The position numbers were made by a program, and so were the translations under genes. Below are positions 9,866-19,104 of a DNA stretch of 64,000 nt, piece after piece. The stretch spans positions 2,809-66,808 of the forward strand of contig JAZRVB010000162.1 in NCBI GenBank assembly GCA_045598885.1. The letters run 5' to 3'. The notes beneath the pieces were generated by a model that saw only the letters and a program-made list of their open reading frames with translations, was not told where the DNA came from and ran no database searches. The DNA comes from Bacteroidales bacterium (lineage in GTDB: Bacteria; Bacteroidota; Bacteroidia; Bacteroidales; UBA3663). How positions within the stretch are numbered: the stretch's first letter is position 1; each line of letters opens with the position of its first letter.

Positions 9866-11272
9866 ATGATTAAAAAATATATAATGTGTGCTGTGGCTGT
9901 TGTCTTGATGGCCACGGCGCAGATGAAGGCGCAGGAGGTCCTGTCGCTCGACAGTTGCGTGCAGATGGCGCTGCGGAGCAACCGAGAGATCAAGACGGCT
10001 GCGATGCAGGCCGAGCAGTACAAGCATACGCAGAAGGCCTATCTGGCCAACTTCTTCCCGAAGTTCTCAGGCCGTGTACTCGATGCACAGAGCTTCGGAG
10101 GTAAGCAGGAGCTGAATGTCGACCTCTCAAAGTTCGTACCAGCAGAGTTACAGCAGGCCATGGCACCCCATTTGCAGAAGCTGCAGCAAGCCTTATTGCA
10201 GTACATGACTCCGCAGGAATTACAGGCTCTGGCGGCGCTCGAACCATCGATCGCCATCGGTTATAAGGTAGGCAATGTCTTCCATGCAGGTGTGAGCCTT
10301 GAGCAGCCGATCTATATGGGAGGCAAAGTCTCAGCTGCATACAATATGAGCAAGCTCGGAGCGCAGATGGCAAAGGCCAACCAGCGTCTCACGGCCGAGC
10401 AGGTGATCGTCTCTACCACCGAGGCCTATTCGTTGCTCCTGCAGGCTTCGCAGATGCATCAGGTGGCTTTGCAGTACGACAGTCTTTTGACGCAGCTGAT
10501 GAGTGACGTGACGGCTGCAGAGCGTCACGGACTCCGTGGTCATAACGATGTACTAAAAGTACAGGTCAAGAAATCCGAGGCCGAACTTCAGGTACGTCAG
10601 GCGCAGAATGCCATCCGTCTGGCACAGATGAACCTCTGCCATTACATCGGTCAGTCTCTGACATCACAGCCTCAGGTAGAGCCTATCACAGCTGAGGTCG
10701 TCCCTGCCAATAATGACGCTACAGTCACTAACCGTGCGGAGTACAATATCCTCGAGCTGAAGAGCCAACTTTCGGCGCAGCAAGTCAAGCTCACTCGCAG
10801 CGACTTCCTGCCACAGCTCGGCCTGATGGCTCACTATGGCTACACGCATGGCCTGGAGGTCATGGATCAATACTTCTTCAAGAAGCCTTCAGCTGCCGTG
10901 ATAGTCAATCTCACCATCCCTCTTTACCATGCCAACGAGGGTTATCACAAGGTGAAGGCTGCCAAGTTGGAACACGAGCGTACCGTCTTGGAGAATGAGG
11001 ATCTCATCGAGAAGATGAACCTCGAACTGCAGCAATCGGCCAATGCACTTGACGAGTCAATCCTCGAGCTCGACTTGACACGTAAGAACGTAGAGCAGGC
11101 TCAGGAGAACCTGCGTGCCAGCCGCAAGTCTTTCGACGTAGGACTGGAGTCGCTCAGCGATCTCCTCGAAGCGCAGACCTTGTGGCAGCAGGCATACGCC
11201 AAGCAGGTGATTGCTCAGGCGCAAGTCATCGTCAATACCGTCAGGTATAAGAAGGCAAGCGGTACGCTTTAA
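9866..11272 (+). CDS. TolC family outer membrane efflux protein
   Basis: Signal peptide ending ATAQMKAQE. 468 aa with duplicated coiled-coil/beta-barrel repeats. Last gene of the RND operon. Confidence 0.85.
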   Translation: MIKKYIMCAVAVVLMATAQMKAQEVLSLDSCVQMALRSNREIKTAAMQAEQYKHTQKAYLANFFPKFSGRVLDAQSFGGKQELNVDLSKFVPAELQQAMAPHLQKLQQALLQYMTPQELQALAALEPSIAIGYKVGNVFHAGVSLEQPIYMGGKVSAAYNMSKLGAQMAKANQRLTAEQVIVSTTEAYSLLLQASQMHQVALQYDSLLTQLMSDVTAAERHGLRGHNDVLKVQVKKSEAELQVRQAQNAIRLAQMNLCHYIGQSLTSQPQVEPITAEVVPANNDATVTNRAEYNILELKSQLSAQQVKLTRSDFLPQLGLMAHYGYTHGLEVMDQYFFKKPSAAVIVNLTIPLYHANEGYHKVKAAKLEHERTVLENEDLIEKMNLELQQSANALDESILELDLTRKNVEQAQENLRASRKSFDVGLESLSDLLEAQTLWQQAYAKQVIAQAQVIVNTVRYKKASGTL

Positions 11273-11319
11273 GCGTCTATATAGTGGAAATATAAGAATT
11301 TTTACTTGAAAAATAAAAG

Positions 11320-11368
11320 AAGTGGCTTTTTATTCCCCAAAATCAGGGATTAAAAGCCACTTTTTTTG
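11320..11368 (+). terminator. Rho-independent terminator
   Basis: AAGTGGCTTTT / AAAAGCCACTT 11-bp stem followed by TTTTTT. Confidence 0.6.
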
Positions 11369-11388
11369 GTAGTTATAGAAAATATTTC

Positions 11389-11396
11389 TATATTTG
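11389..11396 (+). promoter_or_regulatory. -7 promoter box (TATATTTG)
   Basis: TAnnTTTG followed by CAGCG, 26 nt upstream of the ATG at 11422. Confidence 0.45.
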
Positions 11397-11421
11397 CAGC
11401 GTCTAGACATCACTGACCACC

Positions 11422-14400
11422 ATGGGAAAATCAAAAACAACATCAGATCTGGCACAGGAATGCCGTCTGTCTGATTACTTGAAAAACAACCAAATTTCTC
11501 TCGAACTTCTTGACTCGATCAAGGAGGTCTTTACTCGTGCCAATAATATTTCCGTTGAGATTGTCTGCGTACAGAAGGAAGTCGTTCTGCACTTGACAGG
11601 TACATTCCAGGATAATGAACGCCTCAGCAAGGGTGATATGCTCGTCAAGGTCTCAGATTTTGAGCTCTGGCGTAACTCGTTGTCAGATGACTTCGAACTT
11701 GAGTTTGACCGAATGCGATTCCTGCGCCGTACAATGCTTGACAATCTGGTACGTAAGTCCCTCGATCATGAGCGATACTCTTTTATTGCTCCTATCCGAA
11801 AGACAAAGAATGTATGCACGCTACAGTATGACTTCATCAAGCTCGACGCTGAGGCAAACTTTATCCTCTGCATCAGCGAGGAAGTGACCTCATCGCTTGA
11901 ACATGATACGCTGACCGGTGGCCTCAATCGTAAGGGTCTGATGCGTGAGTTGGGTGTCAAATTTTCAACCATCACCGGTCCTGACCAGTATTCGTTGCTC
12001 TTCTTCAACATCCAGAACTTCCACCACATCAACGAGCAGTATGGTACCGAAGTAGGCGATATGGTCCTGAACACGATGTATTCGTCGATGGTCTATTCGG
12101 ACCTGCATCCGATCTCTTATGCCCGCATCGAGTCAGATAAGTTTGTCTGCTTCGTCGACAATAGGAATCTCAATTATGACTGTCTCACCAATCTTTGCCA
12201 TCAGGAGTATGTGGGCGACGATGTCAAGGTCGCCTTTACCTGTCTCTGCGGCATCTATCACATAGCGCGTGCTGATGAGTCGCCCGTCAATGCCTGTGAC
12301 TATGCCAAGACGGCCACGACCTTCATCAAGGATCGCTACCTGCAACCTTGGATGGATTTCGATCCGAGAATGCAGAAGATGGACTTCTCAGACACCGAGA
12401 TCCTCTCGATGTTCGAAGATGCTGTTGCCAACCAGGAGTTCGTCCCATTCTACCAGCCTATCGTCAATGCCAAAACCGGTCACATCGTAATGGCAGAGGC
12501 ACTTGTGCGATGGAAGTCGGCTGCCAAGGGCATGATCTCTCCGGGTGTCTTCATCCCGGTACTTGAGCATCACGGAGGCCTGTCGCGCGTCGACATGCTG
12601 ATGGAGCAGCGTATCTATGACCTGCAGCGGAAGCGTCAGGCAGAAGGTCTGCCAGTGGTCCCAGTAGACATCAACCTCTCATGGGTAGACTTTGCCGACA
12701 CACAGCTCCTGGCCCAGCTCTATGAGCATATTATGGACAAGGCATCGGACAATGACAAGGTGCGCTATGAGATCACAGAGTCGGCCTTGGCAGACATTGC
12801 CGACAACCGATACGACGTGCTAGACTTCTTCAGGGAGCATCAGGTCAAGCTGACGATCGATGACTTCGGACAGGCCTATTCGTTCGGTACGATGAAGGAC
12901 GTCGACTTCTCGATTGTCAAGATCGATAAGTCCATGATCGATCAGATCGGCACCTCGCGCAAGGCTAACCTGCTCATCGAGACCATGATCAGCATGTTCC
13001 ATAAGATGCATGCCAAGGTCGTCGCCGAGGGTGTCGAGACAGAGAAGCAGGCCAACTATCTCAAGCAGGTAGGCTGTGACTACATACAGGGTTACTACTT
13101 CTATCGTCCGATGGATGAGGAAGCCTTTGTCAAGGTCCTTGCCGAGAAGCAGATCGACCAGACGAAGGTCCAGACAGAGGAGGAGCAGGCCGTAGAGGCT
13201 TCTGCTGTCGTAGCAGCGGAGCCGGAGGAAACGACTGGTCTGAAGTCCAGGATCAAACGCGCCTTCCAGTCCATGGGAATGGTCAGGTTCGACGATCTCA
13301 AATCGACGTTCATGATCGTAGGCATCTGCGGCCTTTTGTCGGCAGTGATCTATTTCTCTACCTACCGTCTGGTATCCAATCTCGTGACCGAGAGCTGTGA
13401 CGAACTTACCTCTCGCGATATTGATAAGATCAAGCTGTACATCGACCTGGAGCTTAGTACGGCTCAGGAGGCGCTCAACGCATTCAGCATGGCTGTCTTC
13501 CAGAACGGTCTTGACATCCCTAAGTCCGAAGAGCTGATCTACGAGCAGATGGAGCGCTTCTTGTCTAATACGCCGATACTGTCGGGTGTAGTCGCAGGCT
13601 TTGAGGATGTTGTCTTCCCTGAGTATGCCGACAAGCTCGGCTTCGGTCCGCTGATCCGTCATCAGGGCGATTCGCTCGTCCGCTATCAGGTGGGAGAGAT
13701 CCGTGACTTCCGTAAGACCAAGGAGTGGTATTCTGAGTGTTACATCCAGAAGAAGCCTCGCTGGTCGGCTCCGTTCTTCTCTGAGGAGGGAGACATCATC
13801 ATCGACTATAGTATCCCGCTCATGAATGCCGAGGGAGAAGTGATCGGTGTCGTCGCTGCCGACCTTTCCATCTCACACCTGCGACAGGTCGTCGAGGATA
13901 TCAAGCCTTATCCGGCTTCTATCGTGATGATCATGCAGGAGGATCTTACCTTCGTCATCCATCCAGACAAGGGCTATCCGATGCATAAGTCGCTCCCTGT
14001 TTATCTCAAGGAGCGAGACATCGAGGCCGATCAGAATCTGCTCAATTCGCTGCAGGCAGGTGAGACGGGCAAGATGATCCTGGCACCATTGGGAGAAGAG
14101 CTCTTCCTCTACTACGACGTCATTGACAAGGCCGGATACCGCCTGCTCATCGAGAGTCAGAGTACCGATGTCTATGGTCAGCTCAATGAGATCTCAGGAG
14201 TCATGAAGAAGATCGGCTTCGGAGGCCTCGGCTTCCTCATCCTGACACTCGGCTTCATGATCTATGATAATAAGAAGCGTGAGCGCCGCACTATGGAGCA
14301 TAATATGCGAATCCTCCGTCATACGGCCGATACGGACGGCTTGACAGGCCTGAACAACCGTACTGCCGGTGAGCGCCTGATCACGCAGGCCATTGATGAG

Positions 14401-14805
14401 CGAACGCCTGGCTTCCTGGCAATCCTCGACTGTGACAAGTTCAAGCTCGTCAACGACCACTACGGCCACTCTTTTGGCGACAAGTTGCTACAGAAACTTG
14501 CTGAAGCGCTGAAGTACTGCTTCCCAGACGATATCACCATGCGACTGGGTGGCGATGAGTTTGCTATCTACTGCCTCAGCGTCAAGGATCAGGAGGCTTT
14601 CGAGGAGAAGGTCAAGGTCTTCTTCATCGAGGTCAACAACATCCGCATCGAAGGTATGGGCGACTACTCGCCATCCGTATCAATGGGTGCTGCAGAGTAT
14701 CGCGGTGAGGAAACGCTCAACTTTGATATTCTCTACCGCAGTGCAGACCGCCTGCTCTACAAGAGCAAGAACACCGAGGGCTGCATGCTGACGCTGGATG
14801 AATAA
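11422..14805 (+). CDS. multidomain c-di-GMP signalling protein: N-terminal domain, degenerate GGDEF, EAL, TM, dCache-like periplasmic sensor, TM, GGDEF
   Basis: The first cyclase-like domain has RIESDKF in place of GGDEF (12121-12147). EAL signatures are EALVRW (12495), DINLS, EITES, DDFGQAYS, KIDKS, EGVE and QGYYF. TM segments lie at about 13306-13375 and 14208-14270. The C-terminal domain has DKFKLVNDHYGH and RLGGDEFAIY (14548-14562). Confidence 0.85.
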   Translation: MGKSKTTSDLAQECRLSDYLKNNQISLELLDSIKEVFTRANNISVEIVCVQKEVVLHLTGTFQDNERLSKGDMLVKVSDFELWRNSLSDDFELEFDRMRFLRRTMLDNLVRKSLDHERYSFIAPIRKTKNVCTLQYDFIKLDAEANFILCISEEVTSSLEHDTLTGGLNRKGLMRELGVKFSTITGPDQYSLLFFNIQNFHHINEQYGTEVGDMVLNTMYSSMVYSDLHPISYARIESDKFVCFVDNRNLNYDCLTNLCHQEYVGDDVKVAFTCLCGIYHIARADESPVNACDYAKTATTFIKDRYLQPWMDFDPRMQKMDFSDTEILSMFEDAVANQEFVPFYQPIVNAKTGHIVMAEALVRWKSAAKGMISPGVFIPVLEHHGGLSRVDMLMEQRIYDLQRKRQAEGLPVVPVDINLSWVDFADTQLLAQLYEHIMDKASDNDKVRYEITESALADIADNRYDVLDFFREHQVKLTIDDFGQAYSFGTMKDVDFSIVKIDKSMIDQIGTSRKANLLIETMISMFHKMHAKVVAEGVETEKQANYLKQVGCDYIQGYYFYRPMDEEAFVKVLAEKQIDQTKVQTEEEQAVEASAVVAAEPEETTGLKSRIKRAFQSMGMVRFDDLKSTFMIVGICGLLSAVIYFSTYRLVSNLVTESCDELTSRDIDKIKLYIDLELSTAQEALNAFSMAVFQNGLDIPKSEELIYEQMERFLSNTPILSGVVAGFEDVVFPEYADKLGFGPLIRHQGDSLVRYQVGEIRDFRKTKEWYSECYIQKKPRWSAPFFSEEGDIIIDYSIPLMNAEGEVIGVVAADLSISHLRQVVEDIKPYPASIVMIMQEDLTFVIHPDKGYPMHKSLPVYLKERDIEADQNLLNSLQAGETGKMILAPLGEELFLYYDVIDKAGYRLLIESQSTDVYGQLNEISGVMKKIGFGGLGFLILTLGFMIYDNKKRERRTMEHNMRILRHTADTDGLTGLNNRTAGERLITQAIDERTPGFLAILDCDKFKLVNDHYGHSFGDKLLQKLAEALKYCFPDDITMRLGGDEFAIYCLSVKDQEAFEEKVKVFFIEVNNIRIEGMGDYSPSVSMGAAEYRGEETLNFDILYRSADRLLYKSKNTEGCMLTLDE

Positions 14806-14837
14806 TCTTTACAGAAAAATATCTGCTTCAGATATCT

Positions 14838-15302
14838 ATGGAATATATGTCAAAAGAGTGCTATGATGAGCTCGTAGCCGAATTGCAGGAACTGGTGAAG
14901 GTCGAGTTGCCTAAGGCCAAGGACGAGCTGTCTGAGGCACGTGCCAAGGGTGATTTGAGCGAGAACTTCGAGTATCATGCCGCCAAGCGTGCATTGAGGA
15001 GGGTCATGAGTCAGATCCGATTCAAGACGAACGTGCTACAGAATGCTCAGGTGCTCGACGCTACGATACTCAATTGTGACACGGTGGGATTGTTACGCAA
15101 GGTGGAGTTTACCAATCTCAACAACAATGCCAGGATGTCGTACACTATCGTCAATCCACATGAGGCCAATCTGCGTGAAGGCAAGATCTCGATCAAGTCG
15201 CCTATCGCCGAGGCCATGTTGGGAAAGCAGGTAGGTGACATCGTCGAGGCGCGCGTCCCTGCGGGTATCATGAAACTCCGGATCGAGAGCATCACGGTGT
15301 GA
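14838..15302 (+). CDS. greA: transcription elongation factor GreA
   Basis: The coiled-coil N-terminus with GDLSENFEYHAAK and the C-terminal FKBP-like fold ISIKSPIAEAMLGKQVGD are typical. The start could instead be ATG 14847. Confidence 0.9.
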   Translation: MEYMSKECYDELVAELQELVKVELPKAKDELSEARAKGDLSENFEYHAAKRALRRVMSQIRFKTNVLQNAQVLDATILNCDTVGLLRKVEFTNLNNNARMSYTIVNPHEANLREGKISIKSPIAEAMLGKQVGDIVEARVPAGIMKLRIESITV

Positions 15303-15313
15303 CCGTCTCCCGC

Positions 15314-15982
15314 TTATCCGATGATTCGCAGTATCTGCTTCTCTGTCGCATCGGGGAGGATGGATCTCAGATGAGCCAGTAGACGCTCAAACGATTCCTC
15401 TGGAGTCCTCTCGCATTGGCAGAACTCTTTACCATACAGTTGTTCGGGGGTGGTCAGCAATGACCACCCCCAACCGTATTCTTTCCCATGGCTGTCGTGA
15501 GGGTAGACAAAATCCTCTGTGACAATGCGGCAGGCCATCTCCAGACGTGTGATATAACCGTCAAACTTGCTTCGCATGCCTTTGCCGTCAAAGCCGCATG
15601 CGGCACGCAGCTCGCGTGTGATGAGGCTGCCGGCCTCCTGCAGGTTACACAGGATCATGTCCTCGATGGTTCCTTCTGTCGGCATTGGAAATTTGCTGCG
15701 ACGGTAATTGCAGAAATCCGGCCACCACTCCAGACTGATGAATCCGGCTTTCTTATTGAAGAACTTGCCATACACGCAGGGCATGTCGTTGACAATGGGA
15801 CCTTTCCACTTCCAGAGCGGCCAGTCCCAGCCACCGTCGACGAATGTCACATAGCGGCAGTCATCGGTTACCATCTCTTCGGCAGAGAATCCCTCGATGC
15901 CACTGTCCAGTAAGGGAAGGAATCCGATCTCGCGGATCCGTGCCATCAGGCCTGTGGCGTTATATATTTCACGTTTCATCAT
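15314..15982 (-). CDS. hypothetical protein (possibly an AlkZ/YcaQ-related winged-helix protein)
   Basis: Clean 222-aa ORF with coding-like composition. The family assignment rests only on recalled resemblance to short AlkZ-related proteins of Bacteroidales and is weak. Confidence 0.55.
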   Translation of the reverse strand: MMKREIYNATGLMARIREIGFLPLLDSGIEGFSAEEMVTDDCRYVTFVDGGWDWPLWKWKGPIVNDMPCVYGKFFNKKAGFISLEWWPDFCNYRRSKFPMPTEGTIEDMILCNLQEAGSLITRELRAACGFDGKGMRSKFDGYITRLEMACRIVTEDFVYPHDSHGKEYGWGWSLLTTPEQLYGKEFCQCERTPEESFERLLAHLRSILPDATEKQILRIIG

Positions 15983-15995
15983 ATTTTATTATTAT

Positions 15996-16200
15996 AATGG
16001 ACATCCTGCCCTCACGACGTCCGTTCTTGTTTGCAGGAATGGACATCCTGACCCCACGGCGTCCGTTCTTGTTTGCAGGAATGGACATCCTGACCCCACG
16101 GCGTCCGTTCTTGTTTGCGGGAATGGACATCCTGCCCTCACGACGTCCATTCTTGTTTGCAGGATCGGACAACCTAAAACCGTGGCGTCACATTTTGCAG
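15996..16200. repeat. tandem array A1: 4.9 copies of a 42-bp unit (AATGGAC, 16 nt, GTCCRTT, 12 nt)
   Basis: Units start at 15996, 16038, 16080 and 16122. A decayed fifth unit runs to about 16200. Confidence 0.95.
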
Positions 16201-16212
16201 TAATGATCTCTA

Positions 16213-17178
16213 TTATGATTTCCTCAACAGATAATAGATAATCACAGGTACACCGAATAGCGGTGTGAGTGCGTTGATCGGAAGTATCGCACCGTCGGTC
16301 GGAGTGGTGCTGAGCAAGAGACAGAGGCTGCAGCAGAGCGAACCACAGAGGAGAGAGGCGGGGAGGAGGCGACGATGGTCGTCGGTGCGGCAAAGGAGCC
16401 GTGCGACATGCGGCATCGCCATGCCGACAAACGCAATAGGACCACACCAGGCGGTGGTGATGGCAGAGAGGAGGCCGGTGACGAGGAGGAGCATCCAGCG
16501 TGTGCGGGAGACGTTGATTCCCAGGTTACGCGCTGAGGTCTCGCCTAGCATCCAGCCATTGAGTGACTTGATCAGCAACGCGCTGGCCAACAACCCGATG
16601 AGGGTGAGAGGGACGAAGAGCCAGAGACCTGTCAGGCCTACGCCGTTGAAGTTGCCCATACCCCACAGCATCAGGCTCTGCACACCGTTGGCCGTAGCGT
16701 AGAATCCCATCAGCGTGATGGCTGCCGAGGTGAGATAACTTAAGAGGATGCCGACGATGAGCAGCGTGACGTGATGGCGCACGTATCGGCCTAAGAAAAG
16801 CAATAAGGCCAGGATAGCGAATGATCCGATAAGAGCGGCAAGCACAAGGCTTGTGTTAAAGCCGAAGGAGAGTGCTCCATAGCCGCCAGCTACACTGCCA
16901 CCAGCCAGCGTGACGATGGCTACCATGAGGTTGGCTCCGCTGGTGATACCTAAGATGGATGGACCTGCCAAAGGATTGCGGAAATAACTCTGTAACAACA
17001 ACCCACAGACACCCAATGAAGCGCCAGTCATTGCTGCAGTGATAGCAGCAGGCAAGCGACTCTCGAAGACGATGAAGTGCCAGCGAGCGTCGAGGAGTTC
17101 GCTCCAGGGGATGCTTACCGAACCGAACAGGATGTTGGCAATAAGTGCCAGGAGGTTGAGGAGAAGTAAGATCCACAT
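16213..17178 (-). CDS. FecCD-family ABC transporter permease (BtuC-like)
   Basis: 321 aa, fully hydrophobic, about 9-10 TM segments, with FecCD-type blocks (GPIAFVGMAMPH). Lies in the riboswitch-controlled B12 operon. Confidence 0.85.
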   Translation of the reverse strand: MWILLLLNLLALIANILFGSVSIPWSELLDARWHFIVFESRLPAAITAAMTGASLGVCGLLLQSYFRNPLAGPSILGITSGANLMVAIVTLAGGSVAGGYGALSFGFNTSLVLAALIGSFAILALLLFLGRYVRHHVTLLIVGILLSYLTSAAITLMGFYATANGVQSLMLWGMGNFNGVGLTGLWLFVPLTLIGLLASALLIKSLNGWMLGETSARNLGINVSRTRWMLLLVTGLLSAITTAWCGPIAFVGMAMPHVARLLCRTDDHRRLLPASLLCGSLCCSLCLLLSTTPTDGAILPINALTPLFGVPVIIYYLLRKS

Positions 17179-17181
17179 ACG

Positions 17182-18303
17182 TTATTTCAATTTTTTGAAG
17201 AATCGCTCATCGTCATTGATCAGACTCTCTAAGAGGATGTCCGGACGGAAAGGAGTGACGTCGAAGAAGTCAGAGTAGGCGGTGTTGCATCCCCAGACAT
17301 CGCCATTCTTTGTGGCATTGAACTGGCCGTAGTAAGGATTCCGCTGCACGAAGGTGGAGAGCGTCCAGTCTCCGTCAGGATCCATGTACTTGAAGATCCA
17401 GCGGTCACAGTCGATGGCCTTGGCCAGGACGGCCTCAGGGCTTAGCGAAAGGCTTCCAGCGTGGGAGTCGTTGGCCCAAAGGTAGTCATAGCCAGCGTCC
17501 TGATAGAGCAGGGAAGAGGTGCTGGCTCCGCCTGGGACGTACCAGGTAGGACCGTAGGGAAGTTCGGTCAGCAGTGTGCGACGAGCCTTGAGTGTGTCTG
17601 CATGAGACACGCTGATGAGTGAGTCATAACGTGTCTCGATGCATTGGAAGAGGGAGTCGGCTTCGTGGCCTTTATCGACCAGACGGCCATAGAAGCGCAT
17701 CCACTCGGCGCGGGCTAACGGAGAGGTCTCCATATAGTCGGCGCAATAGATCATGGTTAACGGAAGATGAGAGAGCGTCCCGTAGGAAGCGTTCTCGTAA
17801 GGAGAGATCCACACGGCATCGGTCTGAGCTGCCAGCAGAACCTCGGCGTTAGGTGCCATGCTGCTGCCACCATCAAAGGCAAGTCCATCGTGCATCCAGC
17901 GATGTACGGAAGGAGACATGACGTAGCCGGTATCGCACATTACTGAGACATGATCGAGAGCTCGCAGCTCATCGAGCAGATAAGCGTGGCAGGAGGTGGT
18001 GAGGGTGATACGCTGCAGAGGAGTGCGGAGCAGGGTGAGATTGCCATACTTCTCCTTTGCTTTGTTGGCCTTATCTTCGTTCCATCTTGCATCGTCAGCA
18101 GGGACAAGCAGGTATTGCACCTCCACCTCTGCAGGTTGCCAGGGATTGAAGATCTGCACCAGCATGTAGTCTTCGTCTGTCTCGTAGAGGTTGAGAAGCG
18201 ACGCGTACTGGCAGGTGTGTTGATCGAGGTCCTGCTTCTCCTGCCTCATGCTGTGGCACGAGGAGAGGAGAAGCAGGACGATGAAAAGAAGGAAGCACCT
18301 CAT
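17182..18303 (-). CDS. ABC transporter substrate-binding lipoprotein (BtuF/FhuD-like periplasmic binding protein)
   Basis: Lipobox LLLLSSC, 373 aa, positioned immediately upstream of the FecCD permease. Confidence 0.75.
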   Translation of the reverse strand: MRCFLLFIVLLLLSSCHSMRQEKQDLDQHTCQYASLLNLYETDEDYMLVQIFNPWQPAEVEVQYLLVPADDARWNEDKANKAKEKYGNLTLLRTPLQRITLTTSCHAYLLDELRALDHVSVMCDTGYVMSPSVHRWMHDGLAFDGGSSMAPNAEVLLAAQTDAVWISPYENASYGTLSHLPLTMIYCADYMETSPLARAEWMRFYGRLVDKGHEADSLFQCIETRYDSLISVSHADTLKARRTLLTELPYGPTWYVPGGASTSSLLYQDAGYDYLWANDSHAGSLSLSPEAVLAKAIDCDRWIFKYMDPDGDWTLSTFVQRNPYYGQFNATKNGDVWGCNTAYSDFFDVTPFRPDILLESLINDDERFFKKLK

Positions 18304-18306
18304 TAT

Positions 18307-19062
18307 TTATTTTTTCTGTTCCTGAGGGAAGGTGATTGTCAGATTGTCGAGGCAGAAATAGGTAGGGGTGTTGATACCCCATTCGCCTTTGTCTGACGAA
18401 TCCATCTTGAAGCGGATCTCATCGACCAGACCTAACGAACGAAGATCGGCAGTGGCCCAACCCTCCAGAAATCTGCCATTCTCTGCCATAGGAAGCTTGA
18501 GGCTCTGGGTCTCGTTGCCATTTTTGTAGCCAGTGACGTAGAGGTAGAGATAATCGTTAGCGTCGAACTTCTTGGCGTATGCATCGCCATTCTTCATCGA
18601 AGTGAGCGCGTAGGCTGCATTGGTGACATCGACAGTGAGAGGATAGAACGGACGGTGTGTCTGATCGGTCTTCGATACAGTGGTGTAGATGGTTGGTTCA
18701 CCATTGGCCCAGGCGCTGTAGTAGCCTACCATGAAGACCTTGGAATTGATCGCCGTGGTGCAGCAGTTGTACTGATCGGTGTAATAGTTGTCGGCAGAGA
18801 AAGAGGTGGAAGTGCTGCATGAGAGAGCGAAGCCATCCCATGAACCATATTCTGCATTGTAGTTGTTGGTGTAGACGAAGAAATCGTCCTGCAGCTTGCC
18901 GCTGCCATCTTCGCCATTCCAATAAGTCTTGCCCTTGAAGACACTCTGCATGTCCTCTAAATGAGAGACATAGTAGGTGATAGGATCGACGTCATCATTG
19001 TCGTCAAGACAGCTGCTGAACATTGCGGTAGCTGCAAACAAAAGTGCGAAATACTTTTTCAT
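18307..19062 (-). CDS. DUF4465-like surface lipoprotein
   Basis: Lipobox AMFSSC. The blocks SWDGFALS and YFCLDNL resemble DUF4465 proteins common in Bacteroidetes B12 loci (assignment from memory). Confidence 0.65.
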   Translation of the reverse strand: MKKYFALLFAATAMFSSCLDDNDDVDPITYYVSHLEDMQSVFKGKTYWNGEDGSGKLQDDFFVYTNNYNAEYGSWDGFALSCSTSTSFSADNYYTDQYNCCTTAINSKVFMVGYYSAWANGEPTIYTTVSKTDQTHRPFYPLTVDVTNAAYALTSMKNGDAYAKKFDANDYLYLYVTGYKNGNETQSLKLPMAENGRFLEGWATADLRSLGLVDEIRFKMDSSDKGEWGINTPTYFCLDNLTITFPQEQKK

Positions 19063-19104
19063 TTTGATAATTGATTAAATATTATTGGTTACTATTATTT
19101 TTGC

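Noticed and set aside
15996-16200. Could the 42-bp arrays (also 44735-44897 and 61853-62047) be CRISPR arrays?
   Set aside because: There are no unique spacers. The whole 42-bp unit repeats, including the 12- and 16-nt intervals. No cas genes or leader are present in the window.
15844-16447. ORFs of 67-151 aa running through array A1 on both strands, with periodic peptides such as MDILPSRRPFLFAG.
   Set aside because: 42 bp equals 14 codons, so any stop-free frame of the repeat gives a long ORF. The peptide periodicity mirrors the DNA repeat. There is no start context or non-repeat domain.
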